DNA from: Chiloscyllium plagiosum
Taxonomy: Eukaryota
Length of the DNA stretch: 38,597 nucleotides
Assembly: GCF_004010195.1 (NCBI RefSeq)
Contig: NC_057719.1
Coordinates: 37,451,777-37,490,373, forward strand
Reading direction: 5' to 3'
Part shown: in pieces, positions 1 to 13,272 of the stretch
Layout of the letters: the number at the start of each line of letters is the position of its first letter
How positions within the stretch are numbered: position 1 is the first letter of the stretch
Position numbers and translations under genes: made by a program
Notes under the pieces: generated by a model
Databases searched by the model: none
What the model was told of the DNA's origin: nothing
Seen by the model: only the letters and a program-made list of their open reading frames with translations

Positions 1-649
1 CCTCCCTGGACATGCATGGGAAGAGACTATTTTCTATTCTCTCTTTCTGTGCAAGGAAAAATATTTTGGTAAACTGGGTGGCTGAGGGCCCCCCTGGACT
101 TTCAAATTGGCACAGATTAATTATGGAATGTATTCCCCTTGACTTCCTTGCAAATATGGTGCACCAAAAGACCGAGTTATTTTATAAAATATGGCAGCCC
201 TTCTTGAATTATATGAATACAGATATTTCGGCTATCCTAACAAGGGCTTTTATTTAATTGAGATTACGAACCTGGCTGGTCCGGGGCCCCTTGGGAGAGG
301 AATCCCGCACGAATATGGGTTTTGTTACATTTGATGTTAACACATTCCGAGCATGTATCTCACTATCCAATTTCTGTGTTATCCACTGTTTTTTTTTGTT
401 TTCTTTCCCTCTTTCTCTTATTTGAATAATGTAAGAGACTTAAATATACACTCTGGTTAGTTGTAGGTTAGATTAGTAGTTAGTTGAGTTTTGTTTTTTT
501 TCTTCTCGGTATTTTTCTTTTGTTAAATTTTGGTTATTATTTATTTAAGATTTAATTGTATATCAATGTTTGTACTTGAGAGTTTTGTTTATTTTTGTAA
601 ACTTGTAAAAATGTTAAATTTCTAACAAAAATATCTATATAAAAAAAAA
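1..649 (+). mobile_element. L1-clade LINE 3' end (ORF2 C-terminus to stop at 257, T-rich 3' UTR, A-tail at 641-649)
   Basis: Peptide ARKNILVNW..PPGLSNW..IPLD..FYKIWQPFLNYM matches the C-terminal pattern of fish-type L1 ORF2; followed by a U-rich UTR and an oligo-A tail. Confidence 0.75.
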
Positions 650-744
650 GTTACCCTGGAATATTAAATAAATTGACTGCTACATTACAATTTGGAGACA
701 AGGTGATGATGTCGGAATATTCTTTTTCATGTTAAGAGTGGTTA

Positions 745-2588
745 ATAAACATTGAGATAATATGAGAGATAAATTAGAATCCAGCAAAGGATGCCCAAGA
801 AACTGATATGAAAAGGAAAAGCAAATGTAAATGCTAGCCAGTCAGAAATGTGAAGACAAAAGCTGCTTAACATATGTGAAAAGGAAAAGATTAGCAAAAG
901 GCAAATTTGGGTCCAGTTGGAAATAGGAGAATTTATGGAGAATAGGGAAATGTTGGACAAACTAAACAATTGCTTTGTGTCTTCACAATGGAAGATATAG
1001 AAAATCTCCTAGATATGCGAGGGAACCAAAGACCTTAGGAAAAAGAGGAATTGTAAGAAATTAATGTTACTGAAGAGATAGTAGTCAAAAGATTAATTGT
1101 ATTGCTAGTTGATAAATCACTAGGACCAGATGTATTACATCCCAGTGTGCTCAAGAAGGTAGCTATAGAGATAGTGGATGCACTTGTAATTAACTTTCAA
1201 AATTCTGTCAATTCTGAAAGATTCCTGCAAGCTGGAAAGTAGAAAATGCAACCTATTATTTCAGAAGGGAGAAATAGAGAAAATGGAGAATACAGACCCG
1301 GTAGTTTGATGTCATTAGCAACAAAAATGTGAAAAGAATGTGATAACTAAACACTTGGAAAATACAGATCTGTTTGGGAAGAGTCAACATGCTTTATGAA
1401 AGGGAATCATGTTTGACAAATCTGTGGAGGCATATGAGGATTTTACTTGTAGCATAGATAAAGGAGTGTCAGTGGATGTGCGTATTTGGACTTTTAGAGG
1501 GTTTTGATAGAGTCCCATTTGGGAAAGAGGGGAATACACTGTTATGGATTGAGAACTGGTTAACAGACATTTGACAAACTGAGAGTCGAAAGAAACAGGG
1601 GATTCTCAGAATAACAATTTGTTATTATAGGGTATTGCAAGGATCGGTACTGGGGTTACATTTGTTCACAATCTATGTCAATGATTTGGATGCAGGGAAC
1701 AAATACAATATTTCCAAATTTGCTGATAACTTGCATTTCAATTACTTTTGTGTTATGGAAAAGATGCAAGGAGGTTTCAAGGGGACTTGGGCAGGCTGAG
1801 CGAATGAACAAGAACAAGAAAGCATTTATTCTGAATAAGTGTGAAGTTATCCACTCTGGTAGTAGAAATACCCAGAAAGAGGGTATTTCTTAAAAGGCGA
1901 GAGCCTGGGAACAGTTGTCCTTGTTTATGAGAGACCGTAAGCAACTAACATGTTGACAATTAACATGTTGACCTTCATCACAAGGATATTTGAGTACAGG
2001 TGTAAAGTTGACTTGTATTGTGTAGAGCCTTGGTGGGCCTGCACTTGGGAGCACTGTATACAATTTTGGTGTCCTTATCTAAAGAAGGATTTACTTGCCA
2101 TAGTGGAAATGCAAAGAGATTCACCTAATCGCTGGGATGGGGAAATGTTTTATGATGGAAAAGTGAGGAAACAGGGTCAATATCCTTTGCTTTCGAAGAC
2201 TGAAAGGTGATCTCACTGAAACTTACAAAATTCTTACAAGGCATGACTAAAGATAAAAAGATATTTTCCAAAGCTGGTGAATCTCAATCCCCGAGATGTC
2301 ATTGAAGGATAAGGGGTATGCCACGTAAGACTGTTATGAGGAGAAATGTCTTTGCTCAGATGTCATGTATCATTTGAATTCTGTACCCCAATGGACTATG
2401 GAAGCCCAATTACTGGGCAAATTCAGGAAAGGAATCAATGGATTTCTGGAGATGAATGACATTAAGGGATGAAGGGATAGCATGCAAACTGGTGTTGTGG
2501 TAGATGATCAGCCATGATCTCACTGCATGGTGGACTAGGTTCAATGTAATAAATGCCCTATTCCTGCTCCTATATTCCTGTGTTTCTA
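745..2588 (+). mobile_element. Degraded CR1 LINE (ORF2 RT region plus 3' UTR)
   Basis: Disrupted remnants such as GPDVLHP, SQHAL..GKSCLTNL-like, ISKFADN, KCEVIH and EHCIQFWCPYLKKD; CR1-type 3' end ATTCCTGCTCCTATATTCCTGTG; many stops and frameshifts. Confidence 0.85.
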
Positions 2589-3689
2589 AAAATTCTGAAA
2601 TTGTTTAAGATGCTGCAATGGATGGACATTATAAGATGTGTTGAATGGCCTTCCTGATCTGTAACTATAACCCATTGGGCAGGTCCATCCACTACACCTA
2701 CAGGTACATCAGCTTTCTGTTTGCCAGAATTGCCAAAAAGGCAGCACAAGTGTTATATACTTTAAAATAAACTTCTGAGCGACTATAAACCAGAGAGGAA
2801 AACAAATGTACATTTTGTATTAGAATGGAAAAAGGAGATCGGTGGAACTGCGCACTTCAATATATCATATCAGTGTCATGATTACTATATTAGATCAAAT
2901 ATACATCAAGGTAGTAAAGTTTCCACTCTGCATTGCAATGCACTTAATAAGTGTGACAGGATGTTAGGAGATCCATTGTGCGCAAACAAATGAACCATTG
3001 CATTCATGACTGCTCATCACAAACACACCATTCATTCACAGCTCAAAACATACCACTCATTCACACCTCAATCTAATCGGATCCTATTGTATAAATTACA
3101 TTTAAGGGTTGCCAGGTACCAGAGAAAATAAGGAAATTATGAGCAGACAAAATAAGTATTGCAGTAGGTAGTTTCATTTTGGCATGTCATTTCCCAAAAT
3201 CCTTTGTTGAATGACAGGTACCTTAATATATTTGTAACAATGCACAAGCAACTGGAACTAAACTCACAAAACAAGTCAAGTGGTCTTGTACAATATCTAC
3301 GAAAACAACTGTGGCTGACAGCTAATGCCCGGTGAATCGCTACAATTACAAAGCTGCGGAGACCATATGAGAGTGGATGTGAGGCGCCTTCGCCAACTGT
3401 TCACATCTGCTATTATTTGATTGCACGGAGTCATAATGATTTAAACACTGATTCTGCAAATACTCACTATGTCCTTACAATTACTACAAGAATATTATTA
3501 TGTTAACTAAAAACCAGTACATGGAGATGAAGACAGCATGAAGTGTAAAAATTACCAGTAAACTCAATATTGTCTATGGGCATTTGATGAATGTTTTGTG
3601 TTTTATATTTAAGATTACAATAGAGTTGGGAAACTTCAAAACTCTCACTGCAGTATCATCCACTAACCAGTATCTGCATACAATTGTTT

Positions 3690-3975
3690 ACGCAGTCTTT
3701 TGGATGAGATGCTAAACTAAAATCCCTCCAACATGGCTGTAAAGGATCTGACAGCAATATATCGAAGAAAAGCAGGAAGAAGTACTTCCAATGTTTCTGG
3801 CCACTATTGTTGCCAAAAGCAACATTGCAAAAAGGCATTATTTGCTAATCATCACATTTTGCTGTTTATAGGAATTAATTGACTGCAGCATTTCAGAACT
3901 TTACTTCATTGATTGTAAAATGCTTTAAGAAATTCTGTATCTTTGAAAGATGCTACATATCCTCTATAAATGATT
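3690..3975 (+). mobile_element. Ancient Deu-domain SINE (SacSINE1/AmnSINE1-like), degraded
   Basis: GATGAGATGCTAAAC...GTAAAGGATC...CGAAGAAAAGCAGG...CTGGCCACTATT...TTGCTGTTT...TACTTCATTGATTGTAAAATGCTTT follows the Deu domain and tail layout as I recall it. Confidence 0.65.
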
Positions 3976-4099
3976 TTTAAAAAGTTTTTGATTCACATTG
4001 GAATTTTTGATTTTGAGCTGGACATAATGTACAGGACATCAAACTAAGCTGACAACTGTAAGTTTAAGAGGAAATGCATAACAAACATATTGATTGGTT

Positions 4100-4162
4100 G
4101 AAATCAAAACAGAAAATGTTTGTAACACTGTGGGTCTGGCAACATCACTGGAGAGAGAAACT
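4100..4162 (-). mobile_element. Old Penelope-like terminal-repeat fragment
   Basis: Reverse complement resembles the CTCTCTCCACAGATGCTGCCAGACC...TTTTCTGTTTT motif also seen at 14765-14870 and 36415-36505. Confidence 0.5.
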
Positions 4163-4477
4163 GAAGATAGGGTTTTCCAATCAGGAAAGCAATTCTACGC
4201 CATGACCAATAGTGGGATCTGTGGACAGCAATTCACTCATAGAAGCCATTGAGTGGGCATTGTACAATATATAACTCAGCTCAACATAAAAATACTCAAT
4301 TCTATGGCCAGGACTGTTAGGAAGAGAAGCATCTTGCTTGAAACAACACATAAATGCAGGCATATAAACAAACACAGAACATTTCAACACTATATGGCTT
4401 GAAACTCAGACCAGTATTCAACCAGCTCGCAGGGCTGCTAATCCAATCAGAAAGAATCCGAAAGGGAGGCTGCCTAC

Positions 4478-4586
4478 CTGGCAATGATCTACATGACAGT
4501 GGGCTTCCCAGCGCAGATAACCTATCGAAGTAGCAAGAGCTAGTCCTCAGCTGTTTGCTATATTGGCAACCTGACAAGTCAGACAT
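4478..4586 (-). CDS. Candidate alternative first coding exon of EML1 (MSDLSGCQYSKQLRTSSCYFDRLSALGSPLSCRSLP, 109 nt, phase 1)
   Basis: ATG with A at -3 (AGCATGT); 36 open codons plus 1 nt; donor CAG|GTAGGC; same strand and phase as the canonical EML1 exon 1; lies in unique, CpG-retaining DNA. No homology confirmed. Confidence 0.35.
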
Positions 4587-4971
4587 GCTACTAAGGTTAC
4601 CACCTTTGGGGGTGTGCCATGGTGAAGGCAAAACATTTATTACAGCAGCTGCCCCTTCTCTCTGTCTGTTTCCAATAGGCTGATAAAATCTGAGGCAAGG
4701 AAAAGAGTGTTGGGGAGAATTAAACGAAAGGGGAGGCATGTGATAGAATGGAAAGCAGAAGAGAATAAGTGACAAGAAGGATTCTGGAGTAATTAAAGCA
4801 AAAAGAGGATAATAATGGGATAAGTAAAGAAGCAAGAGATTTGCCAAGAATAAGTATAAATGGAAATGGCAGAATTAACACCAAGAGCTGAGAAGCCAGG
4901 AAAATATTGTTGAACTCTGTTGAGACAAGAATATCATAAAGTGTGTAATCAAAAGACAGGCTGCTACTCCT

Positions 4972-5262
4972 CAAGACTGTGAGATATAAGTCAACATTCA
5001 GCCCATTAAGTCTGCTCCGCCATTCAATGAGGTAACAGTGTATATGATAATCCTGAACTCCACTCTCCTGCCTTTTCCCCATAACCTTCGATTCCCTCAT
5101 TGATTAAAAATGTATCTCGGCTTTGCATATACTTAACGATCCAGCCTTGGCCGTCTTCTTGGCAGTAGAGAATTCCAGAGATTCTCAACCCTCTGAGAAG
5201 AAAACTTCCTCCTGATTTCTGACTTAAATGGTCCAGTTCATATTACTATTTATTGATATGCA
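4972..5262 (-). mobile_element. CR1 LINE 3' end fragment
   Basis: CATTCAGCCCATTAAGTCTGCTCCGCCATTCAATGAG...AGAATTCCAGAGATTCTCAACCCTCTGAGAAGAAAA is the reverse of CR1 'FSQRVENLWNSL' plus 3' UTR. Confidence 0.8.
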
Positions 5263-5424
5263 CAGGATGCTGAGCTCAGATTGGGAATGGGGCAGAGAAT
5301 TAAAATGGTGTGACCAGAAACATCGTGCAGGTGACAGGGCGGATGTATTCTGCAGAGTGGTCATCCAAACGGCATTGGGCCCCCAGCGTACAGGAGACAG
5401 CATAATGAGTAGCAAATACTGTCA

Positions 5425-5592
5425 ATCAAATTGACATGTCCAGGAAGAATGTTTGGACCTTCGGACAGAGAGAAGGGAGGAGGATAAAGTGGCTGCTATT
5501 GTATCCCCTGCCCTGCATGAGAAGATGCTGAGGGGAGAGAAGGGATCAGGGGACTGTGGGGTGAGTGAGGAGTAAATCAGAGCGTCACAGCT
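5425..5592 (-). mobile_element. Degraded Penelope-like ORF fragment (RT-endonuclease linker region)
   Basis: CAGGAAGAATGTTTGGACC...GGGAGGAGG...GCATGAGAAGATGC...GAGCGTCACAG resembles the antisense of the PLE linker and partly overlaps in similarity with 30859-30900. Confidence 0.5.
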
Positions 5593-8576
5593 TTTCAGAG
5601 TGCTAGATTATTGGTATTAAATATGTGCTCAATTCACAGAGCAGGACGTTCTGACTCAGAGGCAACAAAGCTTCAACCCAGCCAACTTGGCGCATACATT
5701 CGACCATGGGGTGGTCTGAATTTACCATTAGCATTTGAACACTTATTCTCCATTGCTATCTGTGCTTTGGCTATGACCAGAGTTAATCCTGTGAGACAGT
5801 TGTCATTAATGTCGCTGCTTCCAGCTGCATGGGGTTAATTCAACAAAATATATACCAAAGTAAACATGAAATCCTAGGAATTGAGTACAAAAATGAAGTA
5901 TTCACTGCCAACCACCAAAAGGTTAGGTTCACAGCTGTGTTTCTGTTCACCAAGAACAGGACTATAACTGTGCTTCATTGGCAATAGGCCAATTCCATAA
6001 AATAATCTTAAAACAATAATCTGATCAAAGTGATTATACCCAAAAACTAAGACACTCAGCAATGGGGGTTAAGGTTGGGTGAACACCCTGCAATGTCTGT
6101 TGGCTAGAACAATCTCTCCTGAATTTTTGAAAATACTGAAACTTGGAAATAAGCTTGGGGAATCCAACATAATCGAATCTCAACTTGGTAACACTGCAAG
6201 GTGTTCAGTGGCCTATTTGAAGTCCAAGTGGTGCTGGTCTTACCTGAGATGCATTCGGAAAAGCTGAACTGATGTCAGCTTCAGACCATGGAGTGAGGGT
6301 AAGGGAGAATTATTTAGAAAAATATGTGATTCAGGCTGTTGCCAGTAAATAACTAATTACTAATTATAAACCAATATTATAAAGAGTCGTGGGAGATGGC
6401 CATACGACTACAAAAGGTCATGAGCTGTGAAGTGGTGTGCATGTGTGCAGGGAAAAGAAAAAGTGGTTTCATCGCCCAATGCACAAAAGCATTTGCTCTG
6501 CCAGAAAACGACTTTACCTCAATTGTCATATTCTGGTCTTCACCAGCAGATCACATACCAGGAGGGAAATAGTTGTTTCCTGCACTTGTTGCAGTTTTCA
6601 GTGTCTAAAGGCTTCAAGGAAGCTCTTAAGCAGAAGTTTGTTAAAATATTTTGGAATCAAGGCGTTGCCTGTTGAAATTACCACATTGTTTGGCACAGTA
6701 TAAACCACAAATCAAGGAAAAGACCTAGAATTAAATTCATACCATTCATTCCTTATGCTGAGCTTAGACTGGATCCTATGAAATGATCCGGCTATGGTCT
6801 GCATTTTGTAGTTCAGGACCAATTCCCTGCTACAGCCCTGAAGGGTACCTTTTCTGGGTTAGTGATCCACATTGAACATGTGCAAGCAGTGAGAATGCCA
6901 TTGTGGTGTGTTGGTGTGTGCAGGCTGGTGCTCCTTTACACAGAGCACTACAGCAGCATTAATCACTTCCGTGTTGGAATATTGCTCCAGTTGCACCAAA
7001 TCATTAGTAATAATGGAATTCACAATGTGGCAATGAAGAGACTATTCGTAAATCAACTTGTCAAGTGGAATTCAAGGATTCCAGCCAAGGGTATCTATTT
7101 CTTGAAGATATGATGGGTCTTTGGAAACCTGGAAATCAGACACCATTGTTAGCAAGACTGGAAACTCACTCCAGATCATTTTCAACTATCGGTGCATATC
7201 CAAGGAAGAGCATAGCTATTGGATGAGTTGCAGCTCTCCTGCATTTAGCTATGCGCCCGAGTGTACACAATTCAGCCTGCATAGAATTGAGAGGATTGCA
7301 GATCACGTGATTATGGGCCCACCAATCTGCCACAAGGTACAGTAAATGCACAGAGCCACTCCTGCACATTAACAATCTTTAAGCAATATGATCAGAATCC
7401 AACACCCAGCTCTTGTCAATGAAGATGACATTAAGAAAAAAGTAGAATATAGAACTCAATTGCAAAGGAGGAACATAAAAAATTAAATTACAACATTTTA
7501 GCTAGCATCAGAAAGAGTTCGATCCAATTCAACTATAATTGCTACTAGATTCTTGGGAATTGGATACCTAGTTACCACTGCAGTGGAATTAGATACATGG
7601 CTGATATTATGTTGTCAGGGATTGGATCACAGACACCATTGGATTATCAGGAAATGGACAGGTATCCATAACCAGACATTCAAGGATTAGGTACGCAGTT
7701 ATCTGTAATTTACTAGAGATCAACTGTGACAGCCTGAGTTTGCACATTACCTTCTTATCTCAGAGACTGAACAGGATGAAGCCTGATTTCAGATGGAACA
7801 AGACACTTTTAGGGATCAATCCTATTGTCTCTAATGAAAGGTCAGAATCATTACAGGACAGCTAGAAATATGCACATGCATTCTCAATTGCACTGCCACT
7901 TATCAGAAAGACAGTGTAGCAAATTATGGATGAGCTGGAAAAGCTTTAAGTACCCACTTAGCCTTCTGAAATTGCCAGTTGCTATATGAGCAAAGGGCTT
8001 GTAGTCCTAACCTTCTAAAGGACGTGGCTCCAGTAGTGCAAACAAAATAAAACGGACAACTTGTTTTCCTTAAAATGACAAGCAGTAATAAAAAATATAC
8101 ACCTATCCTTATTACTATTTGGAAAATATTCAAAACAGACATAAAAAAACTTGTATAGCCAGTCCCAATTATCCTATTTCTCCACATCTACAGTAAATCA
8201 AAAGGGATTTACAACAAGCTTGACAGATGTTCACTATACAGTAAATTTGATGGACAGTAGCCCTTTTCAGTTATGCCATAACTTCTATCAACTGAATTGC
8301 AGGAAATAAAACAAGTTAAACCTCATCATTAACTCTGGTGGATCACCGCAGAATGCATTCTTCCTCGACTCAGTGAGTTACTTGGCATGAACCAACTGTT
8401 GGGGTATTGCTCAATCTACAGCTGAATCATGCATCCCATGCACTAAACATCATCAAGAGCTGCTACTGCTTTCTCTACTACAGTAACCATTACCATTCCT
8501 ACCTCAATCTTTCTCTATTGACCCCTGATCCATTCATACTTTTAAAATCAAATACCCAAACATCTTCCTTCCTATT

Positions 8577-8754
8577 AGTGTGGTGCTGGAAGAGCACAGC
8601 TGGTCAGGCAGCATCTGAGGATCAGGAGAATTGACATTTCAGGCATAAGCCCTTCATCATTCCTAATCCTCGGATGCTGCCTGACCTGCTGTTCTTTTCC
8701 AGCACCACATTCTTCGACTCGTGATCTCCAGCATCTGCAGTCCTCACTTTCTCC
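8577..8754 (+). mobile_element. Penelope-like family A fold-back insert with decayed hammerhead
   Basis: Inverted arm 8577-8658 (minus strand TGATGAAGGGCTTATGCCTGAAATGTC) is joined to a direct arm ending TCTCCAGCATCTGCAGTCCTCACTTTCTCC. Confidence 0.85.
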
Positions 8755-9010
8755 TATCCTCCTTTCCATTAGGTTGCATTCTCTACAAAGTTCACCTTAA
8801 TCAAAATACCACTGCTCATTTCCTGTCCTCTGCTAGTTATTATTTGTCTACTACAATTAAATTTGAACCAACTCTCTCCCAGAGTGTTAAGCTCTTCATC
8901 AAAGCCTTTCACAGCTTTGGTCATCACAGGCACTTCAATCTCCCAATCTTCAGTACATCTCCCGTTCCTTTCCTTTAACATGGCAGCAAAGCTATCCACC
9001 TGGCACCACT

Positions 9011-9367
9011 TAGAGTCATAGAGATGTACAGCAGAGAAACAAACCCTTTGGTCCAACTCGTCCATACGGACCAGATATCCCAACACATTCTAGTCCCACC
9101 TGCCAGCACCCGGCTCATATCCTCCAAACCCTTCCTACTCATTTACTCATCCAGATGCCTTTTAAATGTTGGAATTGTACTAGCCTCCACAACTTCCTCT
9201 GGCAGCCCATTCCATGCATGCACCACCCTCTGCATCAAAAGGTTGCCCCTTAGGTCTTTTCTTTATCTTTCCCCTCTCACCCTAAACCTATGCCCTCCAG
9301 TTCTGGAACTCCCCACCCCAGAGAAAAGACCTTGTATATTTCCCCTATCCATGCCTCTCATGATTCT
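9011..9367 (-). mobile_element. CR1 LINE 3' end
   Basis: TAGAGTCATAGAG tail and reverse of the 'QRVVHAWNGLP' region; similar to 31426-31772 and 33315-33768. Confidence 0.85.
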
Positions 9368-9887
9368 TGAAAGTCACATCATTAAACTAAATCACTTCTT
9401 TTCCTTAGTATGAAAGCATCCCCAAGATCCATTTTTATGATCGTTCAGATCTTAATTCTAATTATTTATTATCTTCATGGAATGTGAATGTTGCTGAAGA
9501 ACACGGGGATCATTTTTATGTTAAATGGTAAAGTCAAGTCCTCAGCTGCTGGTGGAGTACCTGCTGAAAGAAATGAGGCATTGGAAGTGTTAAAGTTTGC
9601 ATTCTTATAGTAAATCTATCTGAAGGCAGCTCAGCATTTAAAAGACCATGGACACAGCAAAAAATGATTAACTCCATGTCAATCAGTATTTTCAGCCAAC
9701 GCTCACACTCACAAAATCCAGGGCACCTGCTTGCATATTGCTTTCAGGCACTATATTTACTTTGATATGAAAAACAGTGCAGCTAAATAGTGCAAGGAGG
9801 TACATTGTAACTTAACTCCATGTGATAAATCTCTGCAACTGTAAAGCATGTGGCCCAGTGATTCTTACAGGTTAATAACACTGTATA

Positions 9888-10012
9888 GAAGAAGGACTCA
9901 TGCCTGGAACGTCGATTCTCCTGCTCCTTGGATGCTGCCTGACCTGCTGCGCTTTTCCAGCAACACATTTTCAGCTCTGATCTCCAGCATCTGCAGTCCT
10001 CACTTTCTCCCC
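9888..10012 (+). mobile_element. Penelope-like family A solo insert with 15-bp TSD
   Basis: TAATAACACTGTATA is duplicated at 9873-9887 and 10013-10027; the insert starts GAAGAAGGACTCATGCCTGGAACGTCGA (decayed hammerhead core) and ends with the family A tail. Confidence 0.9.
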
Positions 10013-11504
10013 TAATAACACTGTATACTCTACAGACGGCTACAGTCATGAATGCTGGGAAAGGAATTGTCCGACCAAGTCAAAGTTTCTTGAATTATTC
10101 CATCTCAAAGCACAACATAGTCATTTGCCTCTTTTGTTTTTGTGCAGGTTGTAGTTTTCTGATGCTTCAAAACTAAATATTCTGACCAAAACGCCTAAGT
10201 TTCTTTTCCTCACAATTCCATGGCAACATAAAGGTAGCAGAACAGCTATCTGGATTCTCAGTGTTTCATTTCAGCTATTGTAAGACAGAGAAAACTTAAT
10301 TAGTAAAACTCTCAGTGTCTTCTACATAAAAGGTCAAAAGTAAAACACGGCACTGAGCAACTACTCTCTAACATTGATCTCTGTTGTATATACTGTAATT
10401 GTAGCACATCAGCACCCCCACCCACCGATCTAAGAGTAAAGTAGTTTCAATTCACTGGAGCTGCTCATCTCTTCCTTCATGTGTGAAAGGGATTGCCAGA
10501 ACAACTAAATATAAATGTGCTCCTGCTATTTAAACACAGGCCCAGAACTGGAAACTAATGCTTATTTATGCCACATGACAAATATATCAGTTTATGAAGC
10601 ATGGAAATACTTTTTCATTCAATTGTATATTTAAGAATTAATAACTCAGTTACTCTTTTCATTCCCAATCATTGACATTGTAATATTTTATCTTTTTTCA
10701 CCTTCTGGGATATATAATTGCCTTGAAACTACAATGCCTAACATTTGTGGTGTAGATCAAACATAGCCTGAAGAGAACAGAAATATCTCATAAATTTCAA
10801 TTCTGTGTAGCAGTCAGCCATAAGCAACAAGCCTACAGAGTGCTCCTTTTCTGTCATTATTAACAATCACTGTCAATGCGAGTTCTTCCAGACTTGTATG
10901 AACACACCAATCTTTGCCATAATGGTAACATGTTCACAAGTCATAGACCAGATGTTCTTCCTGCTCAGCTGGAGATCAGAAGGGTGCACTTCCTCCCATA
11001 CCCTGCGCCGCCCACTCAATCCCACCCATTCCCCATACCTGGTGATTGTCAGCCTGACATTAAGAAATTAATAACCCAGGCATCTTTGTCTTTTTAGGGC
11101 CAGCATGCTATCAAATTGAGTGTACATCATGTGAAGAATATTTGAAAAACCATATAATTTCCAGATAGACTAATCATATGGTTATCTTTACTTGCCTCAT
11201 TTTTCTGTTCAACTTGGGGTTTGAGTTGATTCTAATTACAGACTACCAACAACATTCTAACAGTGTTAAAATCAGGTCTGTTTGCACTGCCCCCAGCGTA
11301 AATGTATTATTTCACAGCAACACAAACCCCACACATGCTTTACCTCCTTCAGCTTCCCTTTCTCATATAAACAACATGATTTTATGACTCAAACTCAGCG
11401 TCACTCAATCACTATTTTATGCCTCACTTTCTCTTCACAGTTTCTCTCTGGAGCCCCACAGTGCTTTAACAATCAAAAACAAATGGGTCCCAGTAAAACA
11501 CATG

Positions 11505-11662
11505 ATAAAAAGACATTTGGACAGGTACATGGATTGGAAAGGTTTAGAGGGATGTGGGTCAAATGTTGGCAAATGGGGCCAGTTCAGTTTAGGAAACCTG
11601 ATCGGCATGGACCAGGTGGGTCAAAGGTTCTGTCTCTGTGCTATATACCTCTATGACTCTAG
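11505..11662 (+). mobile_element. CR1 LINE 3' end fragment
   Basis: KRHLDRYMDWKGLEG peptide, then GGCATGGACCAGGTGGGTCAAAGG...CTCTATGACTCTA tail. Confidence 0.8.
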
Positions 11663-12139
11663 GATACCCATACAGATGGAAAGAAAGATTTGGGATGTAC
11701 GGCACAACGCAGTATGTAGTTCTTTGTTAACACTCATTTCTAAAAGATCTGTTGAAAATTCACCTGTTTTCTCACAAGAGCTTTGTTTTATAAAATTACA
11801 TTACTTCGTTTAAATCAATGCAAAGTGAAATAAGTGAATAATTCAGTAAATGTATTGGCACACTCACAAAACCAACCTACATGGTTACGTTACTGATACC
11901 ACCAATAGTGATGGTGGTTGCAGTTAACTGGCTGAAACAGGTACTGCGGAGTAGTTCAATGGTTTCAAAATTGGATCTCTGGAGTCTCTGTTTCTCCAGT
12001 CCTGACAGGCCACCCACCCACTGCAATTTTCACAACAGCCATTTCAGCACCTGTCTTGATCAGAGCATGCACAATATTTCACTGGCATGAGAGGAGAAAG
12101 ATTCTAGAAAGGTAAGCTTTACAGTTGGTTTTGAGAGCT

Positions 12140-12345
12140 CACAAATGGCGGTGAGAGAATGGAATTCACTACAACAAGGAGGGGAGTAATAAATGCATTT
12201 AAGGGGTAGATAGAAAAGCATTTGAGAATTACAACTATAGAATTAGACATGGGAAGGAAGGTCAACTTCAGCATAAACATTGGTGTGGAGTGGTGAGGTG
12301 GGATAGCCAGTCTCTTTGCTGCATATCCTGTGTATTACAATGTAA
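12140..12345 (+). mobile_element. Highly degraded CR1 3' fragment
   Basis: GGTGAGAGAATGGAATTCACTAC...ATGCATTTAAGGGG...AGCATAAACATTGG resembles the CR1 'WNSL..AFKG' region and 3' UTR. Confidence 0.5.
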
Positions 12346-13272
12346 TTTGGTTACCACTGCAAACCAGATTCTATCCTTTGATATTGTCTATTGACACCTC
12401 AAACTCACCCCCAGCAAATCCTTTCTACCTTTGAGTTGACCAATACCCCCATGGCCAAAGATTGGCAAGCTGCTTTGGAATGACCATCCCGAAGTTCACC
12501 AGCTGAATTCAAATGAAGCCCATGCATCAAAATCACAGCAACATCCTCTTTGTTGAAATGGACAGTCACCCTCTGGACCCTCCTGTTCAGGAGCCCAAAA
12601 GAGACAGAATCTACTACACAGGGCCCTGCAGTATGAAAGAAAGTTTGATCTACTGCAACATAACAATGAAAAACAAGGAATTAAGGAAACTGTAATCAAA
12701 TAAAATGTTGCATAATACATTGTACAACGGCAACTTGAATTCATATAGCACCTTGAATGTAGTAAAATGTCCCAAAGAGTACAAGGGAAACTCCGATCAC
12801 TTAAATCTTCCTTGAATACAGATATTATGTTGTCTGTGAAACTCGTGTCCAAGTCAAACACATAATTTGAATATACAAAGCAACTTTTCTTCAGATCAGA
12901 ACCCGCCTTGACTTAGACAAAATTCACACTGATTTCACTGCATGGCACTTCTACCTCAGATCGTATGAGCTTACAACAAACACAATTTAATCAGATGCAC
13001 CAACTACAAATCTGTAAGGGTTACAGAACCATCATCTGATGCAACTAAAATGATTTTAAGTTATGGGAAAGCCTAACAACTTTCCAGGTTTGAACACAAA
13101 AGCGATTTCAAGCTGAAAGTGGCCTAGCTGAGAGAACAGGCGAGTCCGTGTTGCCTGCTTTCCAGGAGCTGCCATACCTTTAAACACGGCACAGGGCTGG
13201 ATCGAAATTCCCCTCTGATTAGATCTGTCTCTACACAGGCCAACAGCAAAAAGCTCAGATGGTTGTATTTAC

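Noticed and set aside
6860..7400. Possible Harbinger transposase relic (IIFNYR motif in ORF 7121-7345)
   Set aside because: Only a short motif resemblance; no DDE motifs or termini could be supported by eye.
7555..7710. Degenerate ~30-35 bp tandem units beginning GG(A)ATTGGAT
   Set aside because: Too diverged to define a unit; probably an old minisatellite with no further evidence.
1..13272. EML1 exon 2 (DDSASAASSMEV-like coiled-coil exon)
   Set aside because: No matching minus-strand sequence was found; it presumably lies beyond position 1.
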